From: Candidatus Moanibacter sp.
GTDB lineage: Bacteria > Verrucomicrobiota > Verrucomicrobiia > Opitutales > UBA2987
DNA length: 64,000 nucleotides
Direction of reading: 5' to 3'
NCBI GenBank assembly: GCA_965215885.1
Contig: CBDCEW010000099.1
Coordinates: 32,001 to 96,000 of the forward strand
Of this stretch, positions 61,208-64,000 are shown piece after piece. Numbering within the stretch: the stretch's first letter is position 1; every line of letters starts with the position of its first letter. The notes under the pieces are model-generated. The model was not told the origin of the DNA, did no database searches, and saw only the letters and a list, made by a program, of their open reading frames with translations. The position numbers and the translations under genes were made by a program.

Positions 61208-61789
61208 ATGCCGCGTAAATCGGCTAGAGACCTTTGGAAGGCGAGACTGGCGGGAAAGCTACCTCCCCCCGAATTTGGTGACACTCCTTACTCGGTTGGC
61301 CGACGCCAATTTCAAGGCATCGTTCTAGGGATAGATCCGAGTCTTCGCGGAACGGGTTTGACTCTTTTGAAATTCGCTTCCGGTGGGCGGGTCAAGTTAC
61401 TCCTCAGCCGGACGGTAAAGCTCAAGCAGAGCCTCTCGATGGCGAACTGTTTGGGCGAAATCTCGAGAACCGTCAGGCAAATTCTGGTAGAATTCCATGT
61501 CGACCATGTTGCGTTGGAACAGTCGATCTATGTCCAGAATACGCGGACAGCATTGATCCTGGGTGCGGCGAGGGGAGCGGCTATCGCCGCTGCCGACTGT
61601 AGCGGTCTCCCCGTATTCGAATACGCACCTCTGAGGATAAAGCAGGCCGTGGTGGGCTTTGGAAGAGCCAGCAAGCACCAGATGGCAAGGACTGTAAAGA
61701 GCTTGCTGGGACATACCGATATTTTGAAGCCGGACGAAGCGGATGCAGCCGGAGTGGCATTATGCCATGCCTTCACCTACAAGGAATAG
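61208..61789 (+). CDS. ruvC: Holliday junction resolvase
   Basis: LGIDP, ALE, EYAP..IKQAVVG.GRASK, DEADA..VALCH. Confidence 0.95.
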   Translation: MPRKSARDLWKARLAGKLPPPEFGDTPYSVGRRQFQGIVLGIDPSLRGTGLTLLKFASGGRVKLLLSRTVKLKQSLSMANCLGEISRTVRQILVEFHVDHVALEQSIYVQNTRTALILGAARGAAIAAADCSGLPVFEYAPLRIKQAVVGFGRASKHQMARTVKSLLGHTDILKPDEADAAGVALCHAFTYKE

Positions 61790-62097
61790 CCTGAAAATCT
61801 CACAAGATTCCCGGGCTATATTACAAAAGGGCACAGAAGATATTGAATGCAGGATTGTTATGAATTATTCTCGAAGATTCATTTGACGGTTCCCTATGAC
61901 AATCTGTTCCGTCGATCCACCTCCATGGTTCTTTGCCGGAAGACGCATATTGAATTCCCTGGACTCCTTCAAAATCTTCTGAGCCCTTTTGTTCGATAGC
62001 CCGCTTTTTGTGACCGGGAAGCTCTGCCGTACGGCAGAGTTGGAAAGAGCATCTCGCTACAATACCTTCCTCAAAAATTTGTGAGAAAAGCGGGCTA
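61787..62097. repeat. Family-A-related short elements (61787-61818 and 61997-62097)
   Basis: TAGCC...GGGCTA ends; IR TAGCCCGCTTTT/AAAAGCGGGCTA; the right end is also present at 7978-8000. Confidence 0.65.
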
Positions 62098-62556
62098 TGT
62101 CTCCTTCAGCTTGCTCTCAATGGCCTGGCGTAGTGGATTGGTTCTTGCAGTGATGGCGGCGACGATCATTTCAAACTCGCGTTGGCGAGAGAGGTAGCGC
62201 GCGACATAGACGCAGGTGCCGTTTGCGCTGACGATGCGATAGAAGCCGAGTCCGAAGAAATTACTGATTCCCGCCTCGGAGATGTGTTCCCATGGAATGA
62301 AAGAAGAACCACCCCACCAGTTGTAGCTGGTAATCCCTTCCACACTGATTTCGCTCTTCAGGGCAAAGACAAGGATAAAAGAGCTCATTAGCGAGACGAT
62401 AACGATGCTATTGAAATGCGCGAGCACTTCCAGATCCTCGAGCCGAATACGCTCAATAAATAGCATCCTGAGCGTATCCAGCACTAAAAGGAAAACTATG
62501 ATCCAAAGAAAGAGCGTCGAAAAGCTGCAGCGATACGATTGCGTTGGAGAGGTCAT
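62095..62556 (-). CDS. Hypothetical membrane protein
   Basis: Two TM segments followed by a beta-rich IPWEHI-containing domain. Confidence 0.65.
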   Translation of the reverse strand: MTSPTQSYRCSFSTLFLWIIVFLLVLDTLRMLFIERIRLEDLEVLAHFNSIVIVSLMSSFILVFALKSEISVEGITSYNWWGGSSFIPWEHISEAGISNFFGLGFYRIVSANGTCVYVARYLSRQREFEMIVAAITARTNPLRQAIESKLKET

Positions 62557-62660
62557 TGCCCGCTTACCTCACGGATTTGCTCGAAACAGAAACGGATTAT
62601 TTCCTGCCCGTCCCGCATTGCAAGCACGGACATTTCAAAAACATGCCTCGAAGCAGGATT

Positions 62661-63482
62661 TTACGGATCGAGCAATCGATCGAAGAGTCGACCCTTGTAG
62701 CGGCTGCCGAGTTCGCTTTGGTCGTTTAGTCCCCAATCGTAATCCATGTATTCAAGGAGGTAATCGCCCGATTCAAGAAATTCCCGGTGTCTCTCCGGAG
62801 CGTAGGTGGCGAGTATATTCTTGAGGTTACCTCCATCCACAAAATCCTCTTTATACCACTTGAAGATAGCCGAGATTTCGATCTTTTTCTCCTGAGGGTT
62901 AAATCGGTTTAGGTCCAATCGGCTTAGCCAGCTGCTATAGGCGTCGATTATTTCTTCTTCAAGCGTCGCGGCCCTATAGGCGGATCTTCTCAATGGTGGG
63001 CAGCTTCGAGCAGCACATACTACCACTGCGTGTACCTTCCATCCAATCATTGGGCGAAGAAAATCGTGCTCGATTTGGTCGAGAGAGATATCCCTGCCTC
63101 CCACGCGATGTCTTCTCTCCGACCATGAATCAACCAACTTCCGAATGCTTGCAACCGGGTAGTTAGTCAGAATCCATTGGATTGTGAGGGCGTTGTAGAC
63201 GTTGATGAGAGAAGCTACCTTTTCCGCGCCATCGGCCGGAACTGTCGGCTGAGGAGAGTACTGACTGATGTAATCATTAAGTTCTCCAAGATCTACCGGA
63301 TTCGCTTTCCATTTGCCATAATCAACCAAACCCCACTCGTTGACGTATTCGCCGAGGAGGGCATCCCAAACCGTATGATCAATCCCTGCCGGTAGGGCGA
63401 CCTCATCAGCGCGGGAGTGAGCGACACCAATGGGGAAAAGGAAGGAGCACAGAGTGGCTGTTAAATTCGAAATCCGTATCAC
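62661..63482 (-). CDS. DUF547 domain protein
   Basis: GLVDY, INVYNA, SLDQIEH, H...VCAARSCP, IFKWY..DF, YDWGLN. Confidence 0.9.
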   Translation of the reverse strand: MIRISNLTATLCSFLFPIGVAHSRADEVALPAGIDHTVWDALLGEYVNEWGLVDYGKWKANPVDLGELNDYISQYSPQPTVPADGAEKVASLINVYNALTIQWILTNYPVASIRKLVDSWSERRHRVGGRDISLDQIEHDFLRPMIGWKVHAVVVCAARSCPPLRRSAYRAATLEEEIIDAYSSWLSRLDLNRFNPQEKKIEISAIFKWYKEDFVDGGNLKNILATYAPERHREFLESGDYLLEYMDYDWGLNDQSELGSRYKGRLFDRLLDP

Positions 63483-64000
63483 TGTGAAGAAGCTGTGCCT
63501 GGCGGGTTTTCAGAAGCGCCTTCCAACTCTGCCCCTCGAAGCGCTTTGCGCGCAACCTTCGTGATGTAGACGGTTACAATCGCGGTAATCACCAATCCGA
63601 AACCCAGAAAGGCATATTCCAGAGGGGTCTTCCCGCCACCACCGGAAGCGGCTTCGAGTCCCGCTTTTCCGATGTGGCCAAGGTATACATAGAGCACCGT
63701 GCCGGGCATCATCCCCAGCCAGCTACCGATGACATAATGCCAGAACTTGACCGCCGTAAGACCAAGAAGGTAATTGAGTGCGTTGAACGGAAAAACCGGA
63801 CTCAGCCGGAGGAGCAGGACAATCTTGCCCCCTTCCTTTCCAATAGCTGAATCTACGGCCGCGAATTTCTCGTTTTTACTCAGTCTCGATGCCACACGAT
63901 TTCGGGCGATATACCGGCCGATAAGGAAGGCCAGGGAGGCGCCGACCGTCGACGCGACGGAAACCGCCACGGAACCTCCGATTACACCGAAGAGAAAACC
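63479..64000 (-). CDS. TVP38/TMEM64 (DedA/SNARE-associated) membrane protein, 5' part outside the window
   Basis: GASLAFLIGRY, LLRLSPVFPFNALNY, PGT.LYVYLG. Confidence 0.9.
   Translation of the reverse strand, partial: GFLFGVIGGSVAVSVASTVGASLAFLIGRYIARNRVASRLSKNEKFAAVDSAIGKEGGKIVLLLRLSPVFPFNALNYLLGLTAVKFWHYVIGSWLGMMPGTVLYVYLGHIGKAGLEAASGGGGKTPLEYAFLGFGLVITAIVTVYITKVARKALRGAELEGASENPPGTASSQ

Overview
Bacterial chromosomal window, most likely Verrucomicrobiota (Opitutales-like), judging from the PVC small basic protein, short RpoZ, an LpxL-GT9 fusion and Opitutae-type pilin and C-terminal domains. The backbone is housekeeping: LPS/lipid A genes, serS-tilS-ftsH, cutA, rpoZ, smpB, ggt, two peptide ABC transporters, an ECF sigma locus, fumC, a cysteine desulfurase and ruvC. 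The best candidate for an undescribed system is a co-oriented cluster at 16.5-24.1 kb. It encodes a coiled-coil protein, a ClpB-like AAA+ ATPase with one intact ring, a Ser/Thr kinase with C-terminal repeats, an NrdG-like radical SAM protein and a double zinc-ribbon/FHA protein. Mobile DNA is abundant: an intact ISL3 with an 8-bp target duplication, an IS5-like/ISNCY element, an IS66 remnant, at least three MITE-like families and a dispersed 16-bp palindrome. Three genes carry short internal transposase-derived fragments or clustered micro-indels. These could be real templated insertions or long-read consensus artefacts, and only the reads can decide. No rRNA, tRNA or CRISPR array was recognised. 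All family assignments come from motif recognition by eye, not database searches.
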